A stretch of 64,000 nucleotides of DNA from a virus (IMGVR_UViG_3300032007_000003:64001-128000); one strand, 5' to 3'; shown: positions 19,595 through 28,536, counted from the stretch's first letter. Made by a program: numbers and translations. Notes: generated by a model not told the origin, from the sequence alone.

Positions 19595-19840
19595 ATGGGA
19601 AAGTTTATTATAAAACACATAAACAGTATGAAACCTCAAAAGAGGTTTGTAAATAATATTGAAGAAAATAAGCAAGTTATGACTACAAGTGAAAAGATAG
19701 CTATGGCTCAAAGTGTACTTAGTGGTACAGAGGCAGCAGCACCAGTTAAGAGAGTAAAGAAGGACAAGGGTCTTATTGAGAGAACTGAGAGTTCTAAGAC
19801 CATCCTAACTGAAGACAATAAGGAACTTTTGAACGATTAA
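19595..19840 (+). CDS. hypothetical late protein
   Basis: ATATTTATA at 19567-19575; 81-aa ORF. Confidence 0.6.
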   Translation: MGKFIIKHINSMKPQKRFVNNIEENKQVMTTSEKIAMAQSVLSGTEAAAPVKRVKKDKGLIERTESSKTILTEDNKELLND

Positions 19841-19847
19841 TATAACA

Positions 19848-20717
19848 ATGGCAAAGACTAACGTTAAGTATCTTAAGGAAAATAATTTGTATGAGGCACA
19901 TAAACATTTTATGCGTCTCAGTGAAGCATATATACCAACATCATTCCCAGAGGAAGACTTGGAGGAAGCTGGTGAAGACCAAAACCAAGACCCTAACGCA
20001 ATGGGTGCTGACCCAATGGCTGGGGGCGACCCTAATGCAATGGGAGGTGGACAAAACCCTATGATGGGTGGTGGTGCAGACCCTATGGCTAATGGTGGTA
20101 TGCCTCAAGACCCTAGCGCAATGGGTGGAGACCCTAACGCTATGGGCAGTGGTGAAGCAGACCCTAACGCAATGGGTGCTGACCCAATGGCAGACCCAAT
20201 GGGAGGTGCAGACATGGGTGGAGAAGACCCTTTGGCTGACGCTAGTGGTGATATGAGTGAAGATGATGGTGAGACAATTGACATCGATGGTTTGACAAAA
20301 GCACAAGATAAACTTAATGTTAAGCAAAACCATATCGGAAGAGATTTGTCGAAAGTTGATACAAGAATCACATCGTTGATTGATACCATCAATAACCTTT
20401 TGTCTAAGGTTGACAGTAACAATAGTGAGATTGAGTCTTTAAAGGCTGAGTTTGAAAAGAGAAATCCAACACAAACTGAAAAACTTAATCTTCGTTCACT
20501 AGATTCGTATCCATTTAATATCAAGCCAAATGAGTATTGGGATGAAAAGGCAAAGCAAGGTGGATATGAGGCATACTCAGACAATGCAGAACCTACAACC
20601 AAGGAATATACAATCACCAACGATGATGTAGATAACCCATCTGATGACATCGCAAAGACATTCTTCAAGATTGACGATGATGATGTCCAGACACTTGATA
20701 AATTGTTCAATTTCTAA
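19848..20717 (+). CDS. acidic scaffold-like protein with DPNAMG repeats and coiled coil
   Basis: Low-complexity D/P/M/G repeats, a heptad region and LxE motifs. Confidence 0.55.
   Translation: MAKTNVKYLKENNLYEAHKHFMRLSEAYIPTSFPEEDLEEAGEDQNQDPNAMGADPMAGGDPNAMGGGQNPMMGGGADPMANGGMPQDPSAMGGDPNAMGSGEADPNAMGADPMADPMGGADMGGEDPLADASGDMSEDDGETIDIDGLTKAQDKLNVKQNHIGRDLSKVDTRITSLIDTINNLLSKVDSNNSEIESLKAEFEKRNPTQTEKLNLRSLDSYPFNIKPNEYWDEKAKQGGYEAYSDNAEPTTKEYTITNDDVDNPSDDIAKTFFKIDDDDVQTLDKLFNF
19988..20235 (+). repeat. degenerate in-frame GACCC(T/A)A.. repeats encoding DPNAMG/DPMAG
   Basis: About ten DP-x-x-M/A-G units visible in the protein and DNA. Confidence 0.8.
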
Positions 20718-20962
20718 TGAAGACGATTAATTTAAAAGAGGAAGCATATAAAAAGCTAATCAAAGAAATTGGATATGGTAATGATGATTTATCAAACTTA
20801 TTCAATGAGATTGGATATAGTATTGATGATGCAATTCAAGTTGTTAGAGACCATATGATAATGTGCAATAGATTGGGACAAGAACCAAACAGCATTGTTA
20901 TACAGATAAATGAGCACCTTAATGCCATTAAAAACCTAGTTGAATCTTCTAACGCAATTTAA
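20717..20962 (+). CDS. hypothetical protein with N-terminal KTINLKEEAYKKLIKE tag
   Basis: 81-aa ORF with TAATG overlap to the upstream gene. Confidence 0.6.
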   Translation: MKTINLKEEAYKKLIKEIGYGNDDLSNLFNEIGYSIDDAIQVVRDHMIMCNRLGQEPNSIVIQINEHLNAIKNLVESSNAI

Positions 20963-20967
20963 ATATA

Positions 20968-21016
20968 TTTTTCCACCAATTATCTGGAAAATAGTTGGTG
21001 GGAAATTTGTTTTTTT
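20968..21016 (+). terminator. intrinsic terminator
   Basis: TTTCCACCAATTAT...ATAGTTGGTGGGAAA hairpin followed by a T-rich run. Confidence 0.65.
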
Positions 21017-21037
21017 CAAAATTTTTTTATATCTTTG
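21006..21037 (+). promoter_or_regulatory. Bacteroidota-type primary sigma promoter
   Basis: TTTG-N20-TATCTTTG. Confidence 0.75.
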
Positions 21038-21102
21038 CAATATATTTTAAGCATGTGTTTAGGCATGCATTTTAAATAATTTTTTTAATAACAATTTAAT
21101 TT

Positions 21103-22098
21103 ATGAGTAACAAAAATTTTAGCGTTAACATTGATGATGACGCAGTAAAGAATCAGTATGAACAAGAACAGAAACAACCTGTTAAGAAAACTCAGTTTGA
21201 CACTAAGAATTATTTGCAAGCTAGACTTGCGTCAAACGAAGACACAAAGACACTTACAATCAGACTGTTGCCATTCTCCCCAGAAGGTGGTAGTCCATTC
21301 AAGAAAGTTTTTATGCATACCGTCAAGGTAAATAAGGAGGTTTCACCTAGTGGGTGGAAGACTTTCGTGTGCCCTACACACAACAAGAAAGATGGCTCTG
21401 TAATGGGTGATAAATGCCCATTCTGTGAGACATCTGCAAAGGCACGTGAGCTTAAGTCCAAGTCACTTGATGAACCTACAAAGAAGAAGTACGGTGATGT
21501 TGAATTCCTTAATCGTGTTAAGGAAATGTGGATTGTGCGCTGTATCGAGCGTGACCACGAGGAAGATGGAGTTAAGTTTTGGCTCTTCAACAGCTCAAAG
21601 AAGAAGGATGGAGTCTATGACAAGATTATGAACTTGGCAAAGATTCGTTCTGAGGCAGCAGCAAAGAAGGGAAATACCTACAGCATCTTCGACCTTAACA
21701 ATGGACTTGATTTGGTTGTAACCCTATCAAGAACCTCAGACAATAAGACAGCAGTTCAGATTATTGATGCTGGTCTTCCTTCACCACTTTCAGAGGATTT
21801 CGACCTTGGCGAGAAGTGGATTCACGACAGCAAGAGGTGGGATGAGGTATATACCGTTAAGCCTTATGAATACATGGCAATCATCGCAATGGGTGGTGTT
21901 CCAGTATTTAGCAAGGAAGAGAATAAATATGTTGACAAAGAAGAGCTTGACAAACTTAAGGAGGAAGCTGAGAAACAGAGAATTGATGAAGCTCTAACAG
22001 AACCAACAAAGGATTTCTCTGATATAGCAGAATCTAGCGGTGTAAATATAATTGACGGTAATGATGTCAAAGATGACGATGATGATTTACCATTTTAG
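21103..22098 (+). CDS. T4 gp32-like single-stranded DNA-binding protein
   Basis: IRLLP, H...CP...CPFC zinc site, FDLNNG and acidic DDDDDLPF tail. Confidence 0.85.
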   Translation: MSNKNFSVNIDDDAVKNQYEQEQKQPVKKTQFDTKNYLQARLASNEDTKTLTIRLLPFSPEGGSPFKKVFMHTVKVNKEVSPSGWKTFVCPTHNKKDGSVMGDKCPFCETSAKARELKSKSLDEPTKKKYGDVEFLNRVKEMWIVRCIERDHEEDGVKFWLFNSSKKKDGVYDKIMNLAKIRSEAAAKKGNTYSIFDLNNGLDLVVTLSRTSDNKTAVQIIDAGLPSPLSEDFDLGEKWIHDSKRWDEVYTVKPYEYMAIIAMGGVPVFSKEENKYVDKEELDKLKEEAEKQRIDEALTEPTKDFSDIAESSGVNIIDGNDVKDDDDDLPF

Positions 22099-22118
22099 TA
22101 GGCAATGTTACAATTAAT

Positions 22119-22745
22119 ATGAATAAACTCTTTTATTATTATGGCTCAATGGCTTCAGCTAAGACGCTGAGGCTATTGAGTACAGCTTACAATTTTGAGG
22201 AAAAAGGTGTGCAGATAATGGTACTTAAACCATCATTAGATACTAGGGATGGAGAAGGTCTTATTCGTTCTCGTGCTGGTCTTGAACGCAAATGTATAAT
22301 GATTGATAAGGATATCAACTTATATAAAGCTATCAAAGCATATAAAAACGTATTGAATGCACAATTTGAAACGCTTAAATGGGTCTTAATAGATGAATGT
22401 CAATTCCTTACTGAAGAACAAGTAGAACAACTTTCAGATGTTGTAGATTTTTTAGGTATCAATGTGATGTGTTTTGGTCTTAGAACAGATTTTCAATCTA
22501 GACTATTTCCAGGTTCCAAACGGCTTTTTGAACTTGCAGACGATATAGAGGAAATAAAGTCAACTTGTGAATGTGGCGATAGGAAGACCTCAATTAATGC
22601 TAGATTCGATGAAAATGGTGAGATTATTACTGAGGGTAGCCAAGTTATGATTGGTGGAAATGAGAAATATAGAGCCATTTGTAGAAAGTGTTGGAAGGAT
22701 AAGGTTAGAGATAAATTATTGAAAGAAAATGAGATTGAAACGTGA
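22119..22745 (+). CDS. tdk: thymidine kinase
   Basis: GSMASAKT P-loop, KPSLDTR, SRAG, IDECQFL, GLRTDF and CxC...CRKC zinc lasso. Confidence 0.95.
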   Translation: MNKLFYYYGSMASAKTLRLLSTAYNFEEKGVQIMVLKPSLDTRDGEGLIRSRAGLERKCIMIDKDINLYKAIKAYKNVLNAQFETLKWVLIDECQFLTEEQVEQLSDVVDFLGINVMCFGLRTDFQSRLFPGSKRLFELADDIEEIKSTCECGDRKTSINARFDENGEIITEGSQVMIGGNEKYRAICRKCWKDKVRDKLLKENEIET

Positions 22746-22938
22746 TTATAAAATCGGAACACCAATTTGTTTCAAATGGTATTATGATTGGAAAGATGAA
22801 TATGAAAATCCAAATAGATTTGAGATTATAGAAGGTGTTGTAGATTCGAATACATTTTTAAATGACGTTATAGTTTTTAATAGAAAGGAAAATAAGTATT
22901 ATTCAGTCCCAACTGAAAATATTGTTAAAGAATTTTAA
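22729..22938 (+). CDS. hypothetical protein
   Basis: 69-aa ORF between tdk and the recombinase. Confidence 0.55.
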   Translation: MRLKRDYKIGTPICFKWYYDWKDEYENPNRFEIIEGVVDSNTFLNDVIVFNRKENKYYSVPTENIVKEF

Positions 22939-22941
22939 GTT

Positions 22942-24132
22942 ATGAAGCAACCAATTAAGAAAAAAGAATTTAAGAAGCCAAGTATTGCTAGTTTTAAGGA
23001 AAAATATGGTTTAACAATGAAATCAGATAAGGATTTGGTAAAGTCTGTTGCTGATAAACCAACAGATTTCATTCCACTTCCAGAGGCATTTGCTGATGCA
23101 ATTAAACTTCCAGGTATACCAAAGGGTTATCTTACAATTGTAACTGGATGGTCAAACACTGGTAAGTCAACCATTAAAAATTGTCTTATTGCAAGTTGTA
23201 TTAACAATGGGATTATTCCAGTTATATATGAAACAGAGAATAACTTCGACTTCCAATATGCAATTGATTGTGGTATGAAAGCAACACCTATATATGGTGA
23301 TGTTGAGGTCGAAGATATTGATACAGAAACTGGAGAAATTACTTATCATACTGAAAATAGAATCATTAATTACGATGGTGAATTTATGTATTTCGACAAT
23401 AAGATTCTAGCTGAAATGTATGGAAACCGTGATTATTCAACTGGTAAGGAGTGTAAGACAAAGCGTAAGGAAGCAGTTCTTGAAGATATTGCTTATTCAA
23501 TTAACGACTTGCTAGATGCCCAAGAAAGAGGTGAGATTAATCAGCCACTATGTTTTATTTGGGACTCAATTGGTTCTATACAGTCATTTAAATCTCTTGA
23601 GAGTAAGAGTGGCAATAACATGTTCGATGCTGGTGCTATTTCTCAATCATTCAGTAATATTATTAACAATAGAATACCATCTTCAAAGAAGGTTAGTGAA
23701 GAGTTTACAAATACATTCTTCTGTGTTAATAAGATTTGGAATGATTCAATGAATTCAATGGGTGGTGTTCCATCGATTGAGCTTAAGGGCGGTAAGACAT
23801 TCTTCTATGGTGCTAGATTGATAATTCACTTGGGCGGTATTGGTAAGGCATCTACAAAGAAGCTTGATGCGACTGCAAAGGGTAGTAAATATCAATATGG
23901 TATTACAACAAAAATTAGAACAACAAAGAATCAGTTGCCGACCCCTTGGAATGTAACATATGAAGGTGAAATGTCATGCGTGCATAATGGTTTATTAAAT
24001 CCAAAGACTTTAGAGGAATACAAGAAAACTTATATGAAGGACATTCTCGCAAAGATTGAAGAAACAAGTGGTAAGAAACTTGACATCACAGAAGATGATG
24101 TGCAATTTACTGAAGAAGATTCTGATGAGTAA
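22942..24132 (+). CDS. RecA/UvsX-like recombinase
   Basis: GIPKG, Walker A GWSNTGKST, YETE, Walker B FIWDSIG, KGG and KNQ motifs. Confidence 0.85.
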   Translation: MKQPIKKKEFKKPSIASFKEKYGLTMKSDKDLVKSVADKPTDFIPLPEAFADAIKLPGIPKGYLTIVTGWSNTGKSTIKNCLIASCINNGIIPVIYETENNFDFQYAIDCGMKATPIYGDVEVEDIDTETGEITYHTENRIINYDGEFMYFDNKILAEMYGNRDYSTGKECKTKRKEAVLEDIAYSINDLLDAQERGEINQPLCFIWDSIGSIQSFKSLESKSGNNMFDAGAISQSFSNIINNRIPSSKKVSEEFTNTFFCVNKIWNDSMNSMGGVPSIELKGGKTFFYGARLIIHLGGIGKASTKKLDATAKGSKYQYGITTKIRTTKNQLPTPWNVTYEGEMSCVHNGLLNPKTLEEYKKTYMKDILAKIEETSGKKLDITEDDVQFTEEDSDE

Positions 24133-24284
24133 TGAGTTTTGATTACAATTTTAGATTTGATTTTCCAATTAAGGATAATCTTATCATGGATACATCATTT
24201 GATGGAGCTTTCCTATTGATTAGATATAATAATGGGGAAGTAATAAGGCTTAATGTAACAGATTTGGTAGGGTATGAAGCTTGA
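24132..24284 (+). CDS. small hypothetical protein (50 aa, not in ORF track)
   Basis: TAATG overlap with the recombinase stop; MSFDYNFRFDFP... Confidence 0.45.
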   Translation: MSFDYNFRFDFPIKDNLIMDTSFDGAFLLIRYNNGEVIRLNVTDLVGYEA

Positions 24285-24429
24285 ACATGTGATAAAGAAA
24301 GTCTATGAGCCTATACATAGAGGTGGATGGGAATTTACATTTACACCACCACAATGGGTTATAGATTGGTTGGTAGATAGAGAGAATGGAAAACATAAGG
24401 CATTTATTGAAACCGTAGAATACATATAA
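24274..24429 (+). CDS. small hypothetical protein (51 aa, not in ORF track)
   Basis: MKLEHVIKKVYEP...; ends just before a terminator. Confidence 0.45.
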   Translation: MKLEHVIKKVYEPIHRGGWEFTFTPPQWVIDWLVDRENGKHKAFIETVEYI

Positions 24430-24433
24430 AGAA

Positions 24434-24465
24434 TGGGAGGACTGAAAAAGTCTTCCTATTTTTTT
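24434..24465 (+). terminator. intrinsic terminator
   Basis: GGGAGGACT...AGTCTTCCT followed by a T-run. Confidence 0.65.
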
Positions 24466-24494
24466 GGAATTTTAACAAATTTTCTATATATTTG
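24463..24494 (+). promoter_or_regulatory. Bacteroidota-type primary sigma promoter
   Basis: TTTG-N20-TATATTTG; shares TTTGGAATTTTAACA with the promoter at 18502. Confidence 0.75.
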
Positions 24495-24511
24495 CAAAAA
24501 GGTGTTAAAGT

Positions 24512-24811
24512 ATGTTACGTGAATACAAAGGAGAAATGTATAGAAAGTTTGCCTTAAAGCTTAAAAAAGAAGGGCTTTGGCAAAAGTTCACTATCCTCGA
24601 ATATTATTTTAGATTCTATACTAATCCAAGTAATAGTTTATTGGAGCTATACAAATATATTAAGAATGAGAATAATATCGAAATACTCCCATTGAGGTGG
24701 TTTAGAGGGTGTGAAAAGGGTAGATATGGTACATATTTGGATAATATGTTAATTTCAGATAATGATGAAACAGTATTATTAAGTGATTTTTTTAAACATT
24801 ATAAAGTATAA
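24512..24811 (+). CDS. hypothetical protein
   Basis: 99-aa ORF after promoter. Confidence 0.6.
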   Translation: MLREYKGEMYRKFALKLKKEGLWQKFTILEYYFRFYTNPSNSLLELYKYIKNENNIEILPLRWFRGCEKGRYGTYLDNMLISDNDETVLLSDFFKHYKV

Positions 24812-24814
24812 AAT

Positions 24815-25378
24815 ATGACAGACGAGCAAAGAGAAAAAAACCTAGAGCTTTATGTAAAGAAACTAGGACAAGTTGGTGTCGATACAAGTATTTTGGTTGA
24901 CAAGTATGGGGAACTTTTAAAGAATGGTTCTTTCACACAAACAAATGAGTTTGGAAACGCTTATAATGGTTCACTGCTTGAGATTATTTTAAAGGTTGTT
25001 ACACCTTATGCAGTGAAATTGAATGAGTTACTTCCAGAGGAAAAAAGGGTTGATAAACCTACTCTCGTAAAGGTATGCCTTTTGCATCAGATTGCAAAGG
25101 CAGTCAGATTAATTCCAAATGATAATCAGTGGGAGGTTGAGAAACGTGGATTTATCTACAAATATGATAATGATTTACCTTCCATTCGTACTGGATTACA
25201 TTCCATTTCAATGTGCTTTGAGTGTGGAATACCTTTAACAACTGAAGAGATTGAAGCAATGACAGTTAATGATAGGGATTTATCAGATGACCAAGCACGT
25301 TGGCATTCAAGTATCATGGCTACAATCGTAAGACAAGCTAGCGAACTAACATACCTACAAATTAATGATAAGAAATGA
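24815..25378 (+). CDS. HD-domain-like protein (degenerate metal site)
   Basis: AYNGSLLE...LVKVCLLHQIAK...LTTEEIEAM layout follows HD hydrolases, but HD reads HQ. Confidence 0.55.
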   Translation: MTDEQREKNLELYVKKLGQVGVDTSILVDKYGELLKNGSFTQTNEFGNAYNGSLLEIILKVVTPYAVKLNELLPEEKRVDKPTLVKVCLLHQIAKAVRLIPNDNQWEVEKRGFIYKYDNDLPSIRTGLHSISMCFECGIPLTTEEIEAMTVNDRDLSDDQARWHSSIMATIVRQASELTYLQINDKK

Positions 25379-25983
25379 CAGATGTACAAGTTTTTAAATG
25401 GTTTTGTAAAGAACAAGGAATAATGGCTAATATAAGGGGAATGTATTATGTATGTTCCCCTAAGAGATATAGTTCAAGGATTAGGGATAATGGCATGATT
25501 AAACTAACATTTGAACAATGGATTCATGAAATAATTGCAACTCGTGGTTTTAAAGGGATATTGGCTAGACTCGTTGAATCTTACAACTGTAATTCAGCTT
25601 ATAATAGATATGATAAAAATGCAGTTATAATAGATGGTTTGGTTACGGACAATTTTAAAAAAGCAATGAAACACTGGAATTATTTTGTTTCAAATAATCT
25701 AATGTTGGATGAAAGGTGTTTAAAGGTAGGTGACATTGTATCTTATAAAAATCCATTTCTTTGGAATGAAGAAACAACTGAAAAAATTATAATTGATGAT
25801 ATCAATATCAAAGATGGATATGTAAGTGGTCATCTTCTAGGCACAGTAGGAGAAGATTGGAAAGATAAGAGAGATTTTATGACTCTTAATTCTTTGAGGA
25901 AAACGGATAATCTTAAGGAAGAACTTGAAATGAGTTATAGTGTTAAAAGAAACAGGAGGATTTATAATGGGGCTAATAAATGA
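25375..25983 (+). CDS. hypothetical protein
   Basis: 202-aa ORF with ATGA overlap. Confidence 0.6.
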   Translation: MTDVQVFKWFCKEQGIMANIRGMYYVCSPKRYSSRIRDNGMIKLTFEQWIHEIIATRGFKGILARLVESYNCNSAYNRYDKNAVIIDGLVTDNFKKAMKHWNYFVSNNLMLDERCLKVGDIVSYKNPFLWNEETTEKIIIDDINIKDGYVSGHLLGTVGEDWKDKRDFMTLNSLRKTDNLKEELEMSYSVKRNRRIYNGANK

Positions 25984-26791
25984 GAAAGTATGTTATACGT
26001 ATGAAGACCTAACAATTAAACCATGTGTTGTTAGTAATATAAACCATCGTATAGAATGTAATCCTTATGATGAGAAAGATATGCTACCATTATTTACAGC
26101 ACCAATGGACACTGTTGTGGATGAGGATAATGTTAACTTATTTGAAATGAATAAGATTAATGCAATATTGCCTAGAATAGAACAATATCCGATTGACGTA
26201 AGAGTTAAGTATGCTACTGGAGGAAAATGGGCGGCATTTTCTCTTGATGAGTTTATACATTATTTCTGTACACCTGTAATTCCAATGTTTAAGGGTTATC
26301 CAATGAGGGCTTTAATTGATGTTGCAAATGGACACATGCAAAGACTGTTTGATGCTGCTAAGAAAGCAAAATCAATATGGGGTAATAACTTAATACTTAT
26401 GGGTGGAAATATTGCCAATGAAGAAACATATGAGCTTTATGCAGAGAGTGGCTTCGATTATGTCAGAATAGGAATTGGTGGAGGCTGTTTTGTTGGCAAT
26501 ACTAATATAACTTTGAGTGATAACACCAAAAAATATATAAAAGATGTTCAAGTTGGTGATAAAGTAAAAACTATTAATGGTAATTATGATGTTGTTGGGA
26601 AAAAAGAAGAAAAAACAAATACACTAGTTAAAATAAATGATTCAGTTACTTGTACTCCAAATCATAAGTTTTTAGTTATAAATAAAGATGATATAGAAAA
26701 AGTAAATGAAAATAATATTGGAGAATATTCTTATTATGTTGAAGCTAAAAAATTAGATAAGAATAAACAGTTATTGGTCAAAATGTTATAG
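25967..26791 (+). CDS. guaB: IMP dehydrogenase / GMP reductase N-terminal fragment fused to split-intein N part
   Basis: TYEDL, PLFTAPMDTV, IDVANGH, GGNIA and DYVRIGIGGG, then intein block A CFVGNT (Cys at 26486) and block B TPNHKF. Confidence 0.9.
   Translation: MGLINEKVCYTYEDLTIKPCVVSNINHRIECNPYDEKDMLPLFTAPMDTVVDEDNVNLFEMNKINAILPRIEQYPIDVRVKYATGGKWAAFSLDEFIHYFCTPVIPMFKGYPMRALIDVANGHMQRLFDAAKKAKSIWGNNLILMGGNIANEETYELYAESGFDYVRIGIGGGCFVGNTNITLSDNTKKYIKDVQVGDKVKTINGNYDVVGKKEEKTNTLVKINDSVTCTPNHKFLVINKDDIEKVNENNIGEYSYYVEAKKLDKNKQLLVKML
26486..26788 (+). mobile_element. split intein N-fragment (101 aa)
   Basis: CFVGNT...IKDVQVGDKV...CTPNHKFLV...; ends in TAG TAA. Confidence 0.9.
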
Positions 26792-26819
26792 TAATGTTAA
26801 ACATTTTTATCCTATCCTA

Positions 26820-26828
26820 ATATTTATA
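26820..26828 (+). promoter_or_regulatory. putative late promoter of the endonuclease
   Basis: ATATTTATA, 14 nt before ATG 26843. Confidence 0.6.
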
Positions 26829-26842
26829 TTAAAAGGAATATT

Positions 26843-27874
26843 ATGGAAAAATTAGTTTGTAAAATTTGCGGAAAAGAATTTGAGTATGAGAAACTCAGAT
26901 ACTGTAGAGCACAGTTAAATAGACATTTGAAAATAGAACATAAAATTAGTGTTGAAGATTATTTGGTTAAGTATGAATTAAATGGTGTTCATCCTAAGTG
27001 TTTATGTGGTTGTGGTGAAAATGTGTCTTTGGATAAAAATTGGAAATGGCATAAATATGCAAAAGATTCACACGTTGGAAGAGTTTTTAATGAAGATGCA
27101 AGAAGGGTTAAAGAAGAAATGATAAAAGCTAGGAAAGTTGTATTCGATATACAAGAATATTACAAATCTAAATATGATATGGAATTAGCTAGAAATTCTG
27201 CGAGAGATTTTTTAACTAAAACATATTCATTATCTGAACTTTCTGAGAAATATAACTTAGATAAAAGGACTCTAAAACGAATGTGGATTGAACTTAATTT
27301 AATTAGTGGTGAGGAATATGCAAAAATTACATCATATTTGAAATATACATTATCATCAAAAAAAAGAAACGAAGATAATTTAGAAGAAGATAATTGTTAT
27401 CGTTACATTTATACCCTTTTGAAAGAAAATCCACAAAAATACAATATTAGAACTGCTATTAAAGAATACAATAATAAAGATGAATATAAAATTAACACAG
27501 ACCCTTGGGTGTTTTATTGCCAAATGAAAAAAATGTATGGTGATGAAATAGATTTATATTCTAATAAAGGTTATCATAGCAAAGAAGAATATGAATTTTT
27601 AACTGTTCTACAGTTTTTCTTTAATAGCCATAAAATTAATTTAGGATATAAAATAGGGGGTAAAAGATATGAATATATTTATGATTTCTGTATAGATGAT
27701 AAATTATTAATTGAATACGATTCTAATGGTAAATTTCATTTGGATGAAAATTTAGATAGGGATAAAGACAAAGAAAAATATGCATTAGAAAATGGTTTTA
27801 AGTTTATCAGATTAGATTTTGAAAGTAGTAGAGATATTAATGTTTTAAAGGAAATAGAAAAATGTTTGAATTGA
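26843..27874 (+). CDS. free-standing homing endonuclease (C2H2/CxCGC zinc modules plus Vsr/DUF559-like nuclease)
   Basis: CKIC...H..IEH, KCLCGCG and C-terminal YDFCIDDKLLIEYD...FH...D..K...A...G..FIR; sits between the intein halves. Confidence 0.8.
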   Translation: MEKLVCKICGKEFEYEKLRYCRAQLNRHLKIEHKISVEDYLVKYELNGVHPKCLCGCGENVSLDKNWKWHKYAKDSHVGRVFNEDARRVKEEMIKARKVVFDIQEYYKSKYDMELARNSARDFLTKTYSLSELSEKYNLDKRTLKRMWIELNLISGEEYAKITSYLKYTLSSKKRNEDNLEEDNCYRYIYTLLKENPQKYNIRTAIKEYNNKDEYKINTDPWVFYCQMKKMYGDEIDLYSNKGYHSKEEYEFLTVLQFFFNSHKINLGYKIGGKRYEYIYDFCIDDKLLIEYDSNGKFHLDENLDRDKDKEKYALENGFKFIRLDFESSRDINVLKEIEKCLN

Positions 27875-27981
27875 TTGAAATTGAAAAAATAGAAATATAT
27901 GAATGCGAAGAAACAAAAGTATATGATTTAGAGGTTGAAGATGAACATTCATATATTGCAAATGATTTTGTTGTTCATAAT
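27862..27981 (+). mobile_element. split intein C-fragment (40 aa)
   Basis: Blocks F and G ending in HN, followed by +1 Cys at 27982. Confidence 0.9.
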
Positions 27982-28491
27982 TGTGGCTGTTTGAGCAGTT
28001 CCAATACTGGTATTCACAAGCCTATGGCATCATTGGTGAATGATACTTATTTCATAAAGAAAAAACTAGAAGATGAAAAGAAATATGAAAAACTCCCATA
28101 TATCATTGCAGATGGTGGTATAAGAGGCTATCGTGATATAATAAAGGCGATTGCTCTTGGCGCTGATTACGTCATGATAGGAAGTGTATTTGCTAAAATG
28201 GCAGAATCAGCAGCTCCAAAACAAGAAATAGATGGCGAAACATATGCTACATTTTATGGGATGGCATCAAGAGAAGGACAGATTGCAATGAATGGGCAAA
28301 AAACAAAAACTAGTGAAGGTGTAAAGAAACTCCTTAAGGTTGAATATACGATGGAAGGATGGACGAAAAACTTTACTGATTATTTACGTTCAGCAATGTC
28401 ATACCTTGGTACTAATACATTGGATGAAGTGAGAGAAAAAGCAATTTTGTTAGTAAATTCTCAAAATGCTGTAAATGTTGTAAATAAATGA
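27862..28491 (+). CDS. guaB: split-intein C part fused to IMPDH/GMPR C-terminal fragment
   Basis: VYDLEVEDEHSYIANDFVVHN|CGC, then IIADGGI, KAIALGADYVMIGS, YGMAS, EG and LRSAMSY. Confidence 0.9.
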   Translation: MFELIEIEKIEIYECEETKVYDLEVEDEHSYIANDFVVHNCGCLSSSNTGIHKPMASLVNDTYFIKKKLEDEKKYEKLPYIIADGGIRGYRDIIKAIALGADYVMIGSVFAKMAESAAPKQEIDGETYATFYGMASREGQIAMNGQKTKTSEGVKKLLKVEYTMEGWTKNFTDYLRSAMSYLGTNTLDEVREKAILLVNSQNAVNVVNK

Positions 28492-28498
28492 TTAAAAT

Positions 28499-28536
28499 TA
28501 AAGTGAATAAGAGTTGATTTCTTATTCACTTTTTTT
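28499..28536 (+). terminator. intrinsic terminator
   Basis: AAGTGAATAAGA...TCTTATTCACTT followed by a T-run. Confidence 0.75.

Noticed and set aside
22140-22170. Inactive thymidine kinase because the P-loop reads SAKT rather than SGKT
   Set aside because: All other catalytic and zinc-binding motifs are intact, so one substitution is not enough evidence of inactivation
26789-27861. Group I intron or a contiguous intein broken by sequencing error
   Set aside because: The intergenic gap is only about 50 nt with no room for an intron core, each part has its own start and stop, and the fragment sizes fit natural split inteins
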